Of a stretch of DNA of 64,000 bases, positions 10,493 to 19,733 are shown piece after piece. The notes beneath the pieces were generated by a model. The model saw nothing but the letters and a program-made list of their open reading frames with translations. It had not been told where the DNA came from and searched no databases. The translations under genes and the position numbers were made by a program. Each line of letters begins with the position of its first letter. The stretch's first letter is position 1. Source of the DNA: Clostridia bacterium (GTDB lineage Bacteria > Bacillota > Clostridia > UBA1212 > DUPL01); contig JBMNIW010000005.1 in NCBI GenBank assembly GCA_050951325.1, forward strand, positions 1 through 64,000. Direction: 5' to 3'.

Positions 10493-11268
10493 AAATTATT
10501 TCTTGTTGCTTTTTTAACAGAATTCTTTGCTGTTTCAAGTTGTTCTTTTGATAGTATGTCGGTTTCCAGAACATCTATATCCCTGTTTGTAAATGTACAG
10601 AACCAGGTCAGTGCTGCAATATATCTGCCAAAAGGTATCGAGAGGTGAAATCCGTCTCTCGTTAGGTTTTTATACTTATTTCTTGCATGTTGGATTGCAA
10701 TACCTGTTGGGATTACAAAGCTAATGCTTTTATTAGGTACAATTACATCTAGTGCAGCTTTCACTATCGAATTATACATTTCTGTCTGAGAGCCGTTGTA
10801 TCTTGCAAAGTCCGGATGCGTAGAGTCTTCATCATATGCCCAGGTAAGATTCCACGCAAGAACTGCATTCTTTTTTATAATGTGTTTATTAATGTAGTTT
10901 ATTAACATATCGAGATAGGGATAAAAGGTATCCTTGTCTCCGCTAAACCCGCTTCTTTGCTGGAGGGTGATTATGTCCCATTCCTCATCCTGCAAGCCTT
11001 TAAGAAGAGTTGCGTTTGTTGATACAACTTCCATGTCTCCATTGCTTTCTTTAGAAAACTTTGTATATAGATAAACTGGCTTGTTTTCCAAAGCAAAATT
11101 CACATGCATATCGAGACTACATCCACCCACAACAAGGTTTCCTATAACGATTTCATCGTAGTCTTTATCATGACCTGTTTCTTTAAAGATTTGATAAAGA
11201 TATTCCACGCTGTCTTCGCTGAAACTGTTTCCAACTGCAAGAACTCTAAGTGTACTGTTCATCTGCAT
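10483..11268 (-). CDS. SGNH-hydrolase family protein (DUF4886-like)
   Basis: GNSFS block I, GGCSL, WDIITLQQ.S, RDGFHL (DxxH); ATG 11268 behind AAGGA. Confidence 0.8.
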   Translation of the reverse strand: MQMNSTLRVLAVGNSFSEDSVEYLYQIFKETGHDKDYDEIVIGNLVVGGCSLDMHVNFALENKPVYLYTKFSKESNGDMEVVSTNATLLKGLQDEEWDIITLQQRSGFSGDKDTFYPYLDMLINYINKHIIKKNAVLAWNLTWAYDEDSTHPDFARYNGSQTEMYNSIVKAALDVIVPNKSISFVIPTGIAIQHARNKYKNLTRDGFHLSIPFGRYIAALTWFCTFTNRDIDVLETDILSKEQLETAKNSVKKATRNNLGR

Positions 11269-11286
11269 GTTCAATAATCCTTTCAA

Positions 11287-12597
11287 TTATCCAAGTTCAA
11301 TAAATTTGCCTTCACCGGGTTTCAAGCTAAGTTTTATTGAATTTGACTTCTTCATTTGTTCCAGACCTCCTGCACCCCAAACCTTGAAATCTGATTTGGT
11401 GTTTAGTTTCAGAGTCAGAGTATTGTCCTGTTTGTAATCAAAGTTCATGACATAAAGACCAGTCTTTCCGTCTTTTTCGAAAAGACCTGTAAGAATCATG
11501 CCCTCAGAGTCGATTTTCTCAAGTTCCTTGTATGTACCAAATCTCAAATTCTCCCTTATTGCATTGACATGTCTTTCGTCCATGTTGTGGGTTACAAATC
11601 CTACATGGTCGTAATTCAGGAAGACGCCTTTCATTTTCTTAAGGTCCTGATTCTGCTTCTGAACTCTGTAATATATGTCGGTCTTTTCGCCGTGGTATGT
11701 CAGCATTCCTTCGAATACTCCTTCGACTCCAGACTGGTCGGAAGGCTGACAGTACAGAAAATATGAATAGCTCTTTAGTCCGAATATGAGGTGGAGATGG
11801 CATACGAATCTAAGTTCATCATCATTTGGAATTCTAGTGCCTGCCCAGCTGCTGTTCTGAACAAATCCCCAGGTGTCCACATTGTATTTCATGCCTACGT
11901 TTCTGACATCGCTCAGATTGTCCAGCATTATGAGTATTCTGTTGAAGTCCGCGTTACTGTCGGCCATGAAAGGGTAGTGGTCAAAAGACAGAATGTCGGG
12001 TCTTACCTTTTCCATGTATTGATCCAGGTAGTTGTAGTAAACGGTGTTTCCATCGGATGCCTTTGTGCCAAGAGCCCAGTCGGGAGCATAGTTTGGAAAC
12101 ATGTTGCACATTATGATTTTGTCTTCTGACACAATTGCCTTGATATCATCCCTCAACTTTGCAAGACTATCAAAGGCGGCTCCTCCAGGCTCATCAGCCA
12201 TGTTGTAGCCGTAAACTGCGGGATGGTCCTTTGTTGCCTCGACAATGTTCATGCTTTTCCTATAGTTGTCGGGTAATAGCGAAACCATCATTTTAATGCC
12301 GTTTTTCTCAGCGGCATCCAGTGCTCTCATAAGCTGCTCCATATCATGGGTTTCATGATGATGGGTGTATGCCATTACAATACCTGCTTCTTTAATTTCC
12401 GCATATCTGGCTTCAGCATCCTCGGGAGTGGATGTCAGGTGGGTTACCGGAGTTACCCACAGTCCCAACAATAGTTCCGTTTCTTCAGTGTTGTCGTACA
12501 CTTCTTGAAGGTCGATCTTGTCTTCTTTACTGCTGTCACAGGAAGTAACTGACGTCAGTAGAAGCATTGACATAAACAAGCATAAATACTTTTTCAT
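11287..12597 (-). CDS. Glycoside-hydrolase-like TIM-barrel lipoprotein (paralog 2)
   Basis: Lipobox VTSC; HPAVYGYNMADEP, LSFDHYP; close paralog of the neighbouring gene. Confidence 0.7.
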   Translation of the reverse strand: MKKYLCLFMSMLLLTSVTSCDSSKEDKIDLQEVYDNTEETELLLGLWVTPVTHLTSTPEDAEARYAEIKEAGIVMAYTHHHETHDMEQLMRALDAAEKNGIKMMVSLLPDNYRKSMNIVEATKDHPAVYGYNMADEPGGAAFDSLAKLRDDIKAIVSEDKIIMCNMFPNYAPDWALGTKASDGNTVYYNYLDQYMEKVRPDILSFDHYPFMADSNADFNRILIMLDNLSDVRNVGMKYNVDTWGFVQNSSWAGTRIPNDDELRFVCHLHLIFGLKSYSYFLYCQPSDQSGVEGVFEGMLTYHGEKTDIYYRVQKQNQDLKKMKGVFLNYDHVGFVTHNMDERHVNAIRENLRFGTYKELEKIDSEGMILTGLFEKDGKTGLYVMNFDYKQDNTLTLKLNTKSDFKVWGAGGLEQMKKSNSIKLSLKPGEGKFIELG

Positions 12598-12666
12598 GGT
12601 CTCCTCCTTGTGGTTTAACTAAGTGATAATATCTTATCATCAAGATTTGGGGATGTAAATATTGTT

Positions 12667-13962
12667 TCAACCAAGTTCTATGAATTTGCCTTCGCCTGGG
12701 TCCAGTTTGAGTTTTATTGAGTCTGCCTTTTTCATTTGTTCAAGACCATCATCTCCCCAAACTTTGAACTCTGTTTTTGAATCAAGTTCCAAAGTCACCT
12801 TGTTGTTTTTTTTGTAGTCGAAGTTCATTACATAAAGACCTGTTTTCCCGTCTTTTTCAAATATGCCTACCAGGATGGAGCCTTTTGATTTAATTTTTTC
12901 CAGTTCCTTATATTTATCATATCTAAGGTCCTTGGCGATTGCGTCTGTGTGTTTTTTTGTCATATTGTGGGTCACAAACCCTACATGATCGTAGTTTAAA
13001 AATACTCCCTTCATCTTCTTAAGGTCTTTGTTCTGTTTTTTAACTCTGTAATAGATGTCGGTTTTTTCGCCATGAAAGGTAAGCATACCTTCAAAGATGC
13101 CTGCTGTTCCGGGTTTGTCATTAGGCTGGCAGTAAAGAAAGTACGAGTAGCTTTTTAGTCCGAAAATCAGGTGCAGGTGGCAAATAAATCTGAGCTCGTT
13201 TGCATTCGGTACTCTTGTGTAAGACCAGCCGCTGTTTTGAACAAAACCCCATGTATCCACGCCGTATTTCTTGCCAATATTCCTAATATCACTTAGGTTT
13301 GTAAGCATGCCAGCAATCCAGTCGGGATCTGCTTTGGGATCCTTCATAAAAGGATAGTAGTCAAAGGACAATACATCCGGCCTTACTTTCTGCATGTAGG
13401 TGTCCAGGTAATTGTTGTAATTGCTTTCATACAAATTGGGATTTGGGCCAAAAACAGAATCGGTGGCGTAATTGGGAAACATGTTGCACATGATGATTTT
13501 GTCTTCAGGCACAATTTTTTTTATTTCGTCCCTCAGTTGTGCGATATTGTCAAACTCGGAATACTCGGGTTCGTCAAACAGGTTGTATCCCAGTACTGCC
13601 GGGTGGTTTTTTGTCGCCTCAACTATCTCCAGATTTTTTTCGTTGTTGTAGCGCATGAGGTAGACAAGCATTTTTATACCGTTCTTTTCTGCCGCATCCA
13701 GTGACCTCATAAGCATATCCATATTATTTGGATCAACATGAATGGAATAAGCCATAACCATGCCTGCTTCCTTGATTTCTGCGTATCTTTTGTCCGCTTC
13801 TTCCTGCGTTGGAGTCAGCTGATAAATTGGGGGAATCCACAGTCCAAGAAGAAGTTCCGTTTCTTCGGTATTGTCATATACCTCCTTCAGTTTTCGCTTG
13901 TTGCAGGAGGATAGTGATGACAATACAAGCATTGAGATTAAAATGGGCAAATACTTTTTCAT
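12667..13962 (-). CDS. Glycoside-hydrolase-like TIM-barrel lipoprotein (paralog 1)
   Basis: Lipobox LSSC; HPAVLGYNLFDEP, LSFDYYP. Confidence 0.7.
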   Translation of the reverse strand: MKKYLPILISMLVLSSLSSCNKRKLKEVYDNTEETELLLGLWIPPIYQLTPTQEEADKRYAEIKEAGMVMAYSIHVDPNNMDMLMRSLDAAEKNGIKMLVYLMRYNNEKNLEIVEATKNHPAVLGYNLFDEPEYSEFDNIAQLRDEIKKIVPEDKIIMCNMFPNYATDSVFGPNPNLYESNYNNYLDTYMQKVRPDVLSFDYYPFMKDPKADPDWIAGMLTNLSDIRNIGKKYGVDTWGFVQNSGWSYTRVPNANELRFICHLHLIFGLKSYSYFLYCQPNDKPGTAGIFEGMLTFHGEKTDIYYRVKKQNKDLKKMKGVFLNYDHVGFVTHNMTKKHTDAIAKDLRYDKYKELEKIKSKGSILVGIFEKDGKTGLYVMNFDYKKNNKVTLELDSKTEFKVWGDDGLEQMKKADSIKLKLDPGEGKFIELG

Positions 13963-14072
13963 GATTTCCTCCTTGTTGTCGGTTTAACTGTTTTAAGCAT
14001 ATCATTACCAATGATTATTGTAAATGCATTTGTTTGGTTGTGTTTTTTTGACTTTAACCGTTTTTTCATTCC

Positions 14073-14101
14073 TTGCAATTCATTTTTTTAAGTAGTATAA
14101 T
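14073..14101 (+). promoter_or_regulatory. sigma-A-like promoter of the oxidoreductase operon
   Basis: TTGCAA-N17-TATAAT. Confidence 0.6.
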
Positions 14102-14182
14102 TGAAAGGATGAAGTTTAACTTTATCCTTACATATCCATGTTGTTTGAGAGGGGGCAAATCACTACTTATCGTGATGTTGAT

Positions 14183-14389
14183 ATGGCTAGAGTAACTTTT
14201 AATGAAGATTTGTGTAAAGGCTGTAAATTATGCATAGATGTCTGCCCCAAAAAGATAGTTGTTATCAAGGATGATGTTTTGAATAAAAAGGGTTATCATC
14301 CAGCAGGCGTCGTTGAAATGGACAAGTGCATAGGATGTGCTTTCTGTGCGATGATGTGTCCTGATTGCGTAATTACAGTGGAAAAGTAG
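14183..14389 (+). CDS. 2[4Fe-4S] ferredoxin-like delta subunit of 2-oxoacid:ferredoxin oxidoreductase
   Basis: CKGCKLCIDVCP and CIGCAFCAMMCP. Confidence 0.92.
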   Translation: MARVTFNEDLCKGCKLCIDVCPKKIVVIKDDVLNKKGYHPAGVVEMDKCIGCAFCAMMCPDCVITVEK

Positions 14390-14399
14390 GGAGGAAAAG

Positions 14400-15461
14400 A
14401 TGGGAAAAAGGATTTTAATGAAAGGTAATGAAGTTATTGCTGAAGCTGCGCTTAGAGCGGGCTGCAGGCATTTTTTTGGCTATCCTATAACTCCTCAGAC
14501 TGAAATCTCCCATTACATGGCAAGGAAAATGGAGGAGATAGGTGGAGTCTTCCTGCAGGCAGAAAGCGAAGTTGCAGCAATAAACATGGTGTACGGAGCA
14601 GCTAGCGCAGGAGTAAGAGTTATGACATCTTCTTCAAGTCCAGGAATCAGTTTGAAACAGGAAGGAATTTCATATTCCGCATGTGCGGAACTGCCCATGG
14701 TCATAGTTGATATTGTAAGGTGCGGTCCTGGTCTGGGCGGCATACTACCGGCACAGTGCGATTACTTCCAAGTTGTAAAAGGCGGAGGCCATGGGGATTA
14801 CAACCTTATAGTTCTGGCTCCTGCAAGCGTACAGGAGTTGTATGAATTAACCGTTGAAGCGTTCAATCTGGCTGACCGTTATAGGAATCCTGTAGTAATA
14901 TTGGGAGACGGTTATCTTGGCCAGATGATGGAAGCGGTTGAGTTCAGGGATGAAGAGCCAATTGAAAAGGGAAACAAGGATTGGGCTACAACCGGTCATG
15001 GTGGAAAGCGTATTCATAACGTAACCACTTCAATTTATATAGATCCGAATGTTCTTGAAGCTCATAACAGAAAACTGCAGGAAAAGTATAAAAAGGTTAA
15101 GGAAAACGAAACCCGCGCCGAAGTTGTTAACTGTGACGGTGCGGATGTTATTGTTGTTGCTTATGGAACGGTAGCAAGGGTCGTTAAGAATGTCATAAAA
15201 GATGCTGAAAAGTTGGGTATTAAGGTAGGACTTATTCGTCCTATTACATTATGGCCTTTCCCAACAGAGGTATTTGACAAGTATGCTGGCGTGCCTAAAG
15301 GTTTCCTGACTGTTGAAATGAGTTCAGGTCAGATGGTGGAAGACGTAAGGCTTGCCCTAAACGGAAGAAACAGGGTAGAGTTCCATGGAAGAATGGGCGG
15401 AAATGTTCCTACGCAGAAGGACATTCTGGATATAGTGCGCCAGATGGCGGATAAACAGTAG
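14400..15461 (+). CDS. vorB: 2-oxoacid:ferredoxin oxidoreductase alpha subunit (VorB-like)
   Basis: LMKGNE, FGYPITPQTE, QAESEVAA, TSSSSPGISLKQE. Confidence 0.88.
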   Translation: MGKRILMKGNEVIAEAALRAGCRHFFGYPITPQTEISHYMARKMEEIGGVFLQAESEVAAINMVYGAASAGVRVMTSSSSPGISLKQEGISYSACAELPMVIVDIVRCGPGLGGILPAQCDYFQVVKGGGHGDYNLIVLAPASVQELYELTVEAFNLADRYRNPVVILGDGYLGQMMEAVEFRDEEPIEKGNKDWATTGHGGKRIHNVTTSIYIDPNVLEAHNRKLQEKYKKVKENETRAEVVNCDGADVIVVAYGTVARVVKNVIKDAEKLGIKVGLIRPITLWPFPTEVFDKYAGVPKGFLTVEMSSGQMVEDVRLALNGRNRVEFHGRMGGNVPTQKDILDIVRQMADKQ

Positions 15462-15471
15462 GGGGTGTACA

Positions 15472-16218
15472 ATGGCTATAGTTTTTAAAAAACCAAATGC
15501 ATTGACGGACAAACCGTTTCACTATTGCCCCGGCTGCACGCACGGCATAATTCACAGGCTTGTCGCAGAGGTGATAGATGAACTTGATATAGAAGGGGAA
15601 ACAGTTGGTGTGTCACCAGTAGGCTGCACTTACAACAACTACGAATACTTCAGTTGTGACATGGTGCAGGCTGCTCACGGACGCGCTCCAGCCGTGGCCA
15701 CCGGGTTGAAGAGAGCTCTTCCTGACAAGGTTGTTTTCACATATCAGGGAGACGGAGACCTGGCTGCAATTGGTACGGCAGAGATTGTGCATGCAGCCAC
15801 AAGGGGAGAGAAGATAACAACCATATTTGTAAACAATGCAATATATGGAATGACATCGGGACAGATGGCTCCAACATCTCTGATTGGACAGGTTACAACC
15901 ACATCTCCTTTTGGCAGAAAACCACAACTTCACGGTTATCCTGTAAAAGTATCCGAAATGCTTGCAACTTTGGAAGGCGCTGTTTATATAGAACGTGTAT
16001 CAGTGGATTCGATAAAGAATATAATAAAGGCGAAGAAAGCTATTAAGAAAGCTTTCCAAGTGCAGTTGGAAGGCCTTGGTTTTTCCATGGTTGAAGTATT
16101 GTCCACCTGTCCTACCAATTGGGGAATGAGTCCTGCAAAATCCCTGGATTGGCTGAGAGACAATATGGCGGAACATTATCCGCTGGGTGTTTACAAAGGT
16201 AAGGATTTGGAGGTATGA
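15472..16218 (+). CDS. 2-oxoacid:ferredoxin oxidoreductase beta (TPP-binding) subunit
   Basis: YCPGC.HG, HGRA, GDGD...NN..YGMT.GQ, CPTNW. Confidence 0.92.
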   Translation: MAIVFKKPNALTDKPFHYCPGCTHGIIHRLVAEVIDELDIEGETVGVSPVGCTYNNYEYFSCDMVQAAHGRAPAVATGLKRALPDKVVFTYQGDGDLAAIGTAEIVHAATRGEKITTIFVNNAIYGMTSGQMAPTSLIGQVTTTSPFGRKPQLHGYPVKVSEMLATLEGAVYIERVSVDSIKNIIKAKKAIKKAFQVQLEGLGFSMVEVLSTCPTNWGMSPAKSLDWLRDNMAEHYPLGVYKGKDLEV

Positions 16219-16219
16219 C

Positions 16220-16747
16220 ATGCAACAGATAATTATATCAGGTTTTGGCGGGCAAGGAATTCTTTCCATGGGAAGGCTGCTGGCAGCAGGCGGTCTTCAT
16301 GAAGGTCATAATGTATCCTGGTTGCCGTCATACGGACCGGAAATGAGAGGTGGAACGGCTAATTGCCATGTTATTATATCTAACGAGGAAATCGGTTCTC
16401 CGATAATTAGTTGTCCGAACGCATTAATTGTGATGAATCAGCCATCTTTGGACAAATTTGAAAACATGGTTGAAGAGAACGGTATTATAGTGATGGACAG
16501 TGCTTTGGTTCCAATAAAACCAAAAAGGAAAGATTTGAGAAGTTTTTCGCTGCCTGCTACAGAGAAGGCATACGAAATGGGACATCCTGCATTTGCAGGT
16601 GTTATATTGCTAGGTAAATTTATTGCCGAGACGGGCATAATATCTTCAAAGAGTTTTGAAGAGGCTTTGAGGACTGTTTTAAGTCCAAGCAAGCACAATC
16701 TTATTCCGGATGAGATGAAAGCCCTCGAATTTGGCATGAGTTATTAA
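16220..16747 (+). CDS. 2-oxoacid:ferredoxin oxidoreductase gamma subunit
   Basis: GFGGQG, SYGPEMRGG; GGAGG SD before ATG 16220. Confidence 0.92.
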   Translation: MQQIIISGFGGQGILSMGRLLAAGGLHEGHNVSWLPSYGPEMRGGTANCHVIISNEEIGSPIISCPNALIVMNQPSLDKFENMVEENGIIVMDSALVPIKPKRKDLRSFSLPATEKAYEMGHPAFAGVILLGKFIAETGIISSKSFEEALRTVLSPSKHNLIPDEMKALEFGMSY

Positions 16748-16754
16748 GAATAAT

Positions 16755-16780
16755 GCCTTGGGATTATTATATCTCAAGGC
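16755..16780 (+). terminator. Hairpin after oxidoreductase operon
   Basis: GCCTTGGGAT-N6-ATCTCAAGGC; weak U-tract. Confidence 0.45.
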
Positions 16781-16817
16781 TGTTATATTTATATCAACTT
16801 GTTTCTAAGAAAGGAAT

Positions 16818-17906
16818 GTGATGTTTTTGGCAGACGCTACTGTACCGAGTTTATTGGAATTTATAAGCCTTTGCACAAAGAATGTACCTCTCTTAATAAC
16901 GTCTTTATTGGTAATAGGCGTTATATTCGTAAATGGCTGGACAGACGCTCCAAATGCTATTGCAACCGTTATTTCCACCAGGTCAATGGGCCCGAGAAAA
17001 TCAATTATAATGGCTGCAATATTCAATTTTCTTGGAGTGCTTTTCATGACCTTTTGGAATGCTTCTGTAGCTATGACGATGTATAACCTGGTTGATTTTG
17101 GGAAGGATACAGAAACCGCTCTTGTTGCTCTATGCGCAGCATTCGTTGCTATCGTTGTGTGGGCGGTTGGAGCATGGTATTTCGGCATACCGACAAGTGA
17201 AAGTCACGCATTGATTGCAGGTGTTACGGGAGCTGCGGTTGCAATAAACGGTTTCAAAGGAGCTATCAATAATGATGAATGGCTTAAGGTCATTAAAGGA
17301 TTATTCTTTTCCACAGTGCTTGGCTTTTTCGTAGGTTTCATTTTTGTTAAGATAATAATATTTTTCTTTAAAGGTACGAATAGAAGGAAATCCAACCGCT
17401 TCTTTAAAGGTGGCCAGATTGCAGGAGGTGCTGCAATGGCGTTCATGCATGGAGCCCAGGATGGACAAAAATTCTTGGGAATATTCATGTTGGGTTTAAT
17501 GCTCGCTCAAGGTGTGCCTGTTACCGCATCCACCGAGTTTGATTTATCCGGCGCCCTTTGGCTTATTATCATGTGTTCACTGATAATGGGACTGGGTACA
17601 TCAATAGGAGGCTACCGCATAATCAAATCCGTAGGAATGGACATGGTCAAGCTGGAAAAGCATGAGGGTTTTTCAGCTGATTTTGCTGCTGCTTTTTGCT
17701 TGCTGCTTTCACATTTTTATGGGCTTCCGGTCAGTACAACTCATACGAAGACCACGGCAATTATGGGTGTCGGTGCTGCTAAAAGGTTGACCAATGTCAA
17801 TTGGTCGGTGGCTAAAGAAATGTTTGCGGCATGGTTCCTGACTTTTCCAGGCTGCGGTCTTATTGGTTATGTAATGGCGCAAATATTTTTGAAACTATTT
17901 GCATGA
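16818..17906 (+). CDS. Inorganic phosphate transporter, PiT family
   Basis: NGWTDAPNAIAT, HGAQDGQK, PVSTTH signature motifs; multiple TMs. Confidence 0.93.
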   Translation: MMFLADATVPSLLEFISLCTKNVPLLITSLLVIGVIFVNGWTDAPNAIATVISTRSMGPRKSIIMAAIFNFLGVLFMTFWNASVAMTMYNLVDFGKDTETALVALCAAFVAIVVWAVGAWYFGIPTSESHALIAGVTGAAVAINGFKGAINNDEWLKVIKGLFFSTVLGFFVGFIFVKIIIFFFKGTNRRKSNRFFKGGQIAGGAAMAFMHGAQDGQKFLGIFMLGLMLAQGVPVTASTEFDLSGALWLIIMCSLIMGLGTSIGGYRIIKSVGMDMVKLEKHEGFSADFAAAFCLLLSHFYGLPVSTTHTKTTAIMGVGAAKRLTNVNWSVAKEMFAAWFLTFPGCGLIGYVMAQIFLKLFA

Positions 17907-17952
17907 CAAATAAAGAGAATCACGCATAGTACTAGTATAGGAGGAATAATAT

Positions 17953-18588
17953 ATGGCTAGGAGAAAAGAAGTGGATTATTTTGGTTTGTTCAAGAAGGCG
18001 ATTGACTACTCCTGCGTACTGACAAAGGAGCTTACAACACTTGTAGAAGAGTACAAGGATATTAACAAGAACGGGCAACTGGAAAAAAGAGTTGATGAGA
18101 TACACAAAATAGAACATGACGCTGACAAGGTATATCATGAAATTGTTTTTGAGCTTAACAGGGCATTTATAACGCCAATTGAAAGAGAAGACATATTGTT
18201 GATTGCAAACGCCATTGATGATGTTTCCGACAAAATTGAAGAAGTGGCTTTTAGTTTCTGGGTGTTCAACATTACAGAAATGAGACCTGAAACAAAGCAA
18301 TTTATTGACCTTGTCAATAGAATCTGCAAGGAATCAACTGAGGCGGTTTATGAGTTTGCTAACTACAGAAAATCAAAAACCATAAAAGACAAACTTCATA
18401 CAATCAAAAAGCTTGAAAATGAGGGAGACACCCTTTACAGGCATTCTGTAAGAAGGCTTTTTGAAAACGAAAAAGATCCTATTGCACTTCAAAAGTGGAG
18501 AGAAATCTATGACAATATGGAGAAGATATTTGACGCATGTAGATATCTAGCCAACATGTTGGAAAACACAATTGTAAAAAACAGTTGA
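17953..18588 (+). CDS. DUF47/PhoU-like phosphate transport regulator
   Basis: EH.AD...FITPIEREDI....DD, LE.EGD; downstream of PiT. Confidence 0.92.
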   Translation: MARRKEVDYFGLFKKAIDYSCVLTKELTTLVEEYKDINKNGQLEKRVDEIHKIEHDADKVYHEIVFELNRAFITPIEREDILLIANAIDDVSDKIEEVAFSFWVFNITEMRPETKQFIDLVNRICKESTEAVYEFANYRKSKTIKDKLHTIKKLENEGDTLYRHSVRRLFENEKDPIALQKWREIYDNMEKIFDACRYLANMLENTIVKNS

Positions 18589-18639
18589 CATATTGTTCAA
18601 AAGTTTATAGAATTTATACAAAACAGTGGAGGTATAAGT

Positions 18640-19557
18640 ATGAGAAGGGTGATTATTCTTTGTTTTTTAATAATTGCAGTTCTTTCCACGCAGCTTGTTT
18701 CTGTCAATGCTTTGGAGCCTGACACAAGAGAGGCGTTGAAATTTACAAAACCACCAACAATTGACGGAACAATAAGTGCTGAGGAGTGGGGAGATCCCAC
18801 AGTTAAAGGTATTAAACACGGGGAGCCTTCGAATGCAATTGCAAAGGACTCTTCACAAGATATCACTTTTGATGTATGGGTTCGATGGGACGACAATAAC
18901 GTTTATATTGCGTTGCAGACTCCAGACGAGAAACTCATAAATCTCAATACTGGAGAGCTCATGTGGAATGGAGATGCGGTTCAGTTGGAAGTAGACCCTC
19001 TTGGAAACTGGCAAAGCCAGGGTAAGAGCGACTACACATATGTTTCTGAAAATGCAAGAGAAATAGTCTATTCAAACAACTCGAACGATCATAAGGCTCA
19101 AGCCTGGTGTTATACTCTGGGTGGTGAACCGGAAGGTGAATATTCCATTTCAAATGTTGACGGTACAACTACTTACGAGATTTCAATCCCCTGGTCATTT
19201 TTTGATGTGGACGGACCAGGCGAGGAAATAGGGCTTACAATAGCTCTTTTGACTTGCAGTTCATATACCTATGACGGCTGGCTGGAGTATGGTTCCGGAT
19301 GCATCATGGAAAAGGCCGAGGAAGACAAATCAGGAAATAACAAGATTGTCCTGTCTGAAACGGAATTCACACCTGCCGATACATATACCACATTCAATCC
19401 GACTCCATCCCCAACTCCTGAGGAAACAGACGATGGCTCCGATGTAGATACTGAAAAGGGTGGAGTGGATCCTGTCGTTATCATTGTTGTGGCTGCTGTG
19501 GCTGCAATTGCTTTGATAGTGATTATAATTATTATTAGGATGAAGAAGAAAAAATAG
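18640..19557 (+). CDS. Secreted CBM9-like sugar-binding protein with C-terminal membrane anchor
   Basis: Signal peptide; PPTIDG...EEW, RWDDNNVYIA, WNGDAVQL, YEISIPW; PT linker, TM and KKKK; TTGACA-N17-TAGAAT promoter. Confidence 0.78.
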   Translation: MRRVIILCFLIIAVLSTQLVSVNALEPDTREALKFTKPPTIDGTISAEEWGDPTVKGIKHGEPSNAIAKDSSQDITFDVWVRWDDNNVYIALQTPDEKLINLNTGELMWNGDAVQLEVDPLGNWQSQGKSDYTYVSENAREIVYSNNSNDHKAQAWCYTLGGEPEGEYSISNVDGTTTYEISIPWSFFDVDGPGEEIGLTIALLTCSSYTYDGWLEYGSGCIMEKAEEDKSGNNKIVLSETEFTPADTYTTFNPTPSPTPEETDDGSDVDTEKGGVDPVVIIVVAAVAAIALIVIIIIIRMKKKK

Positions 19558-19575
19558 GCGAAGATTGAATTATGG

Positions 19576-19612
19576 AAACAGCCTTCTTGATATATTGGGA
19601 GGCTGTTTTTTT
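19576..19612 (+). terminator. Rho-independent terminator
   Basis: AAACAGCCTTC...GGAGGCTGTTTTTTT. Confidence 0.7.
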
Positions 19613-19733
19613 ATGCCCTTTTTAATAGATTAAAATAAGTCAAATATATTGTTAATTTATATACCAAGTGATGATGATATAATTTGTCGAGTTAAGAGGC
19701 AAAATTAATGAGATATCTTGGAGGTGCATTAAC

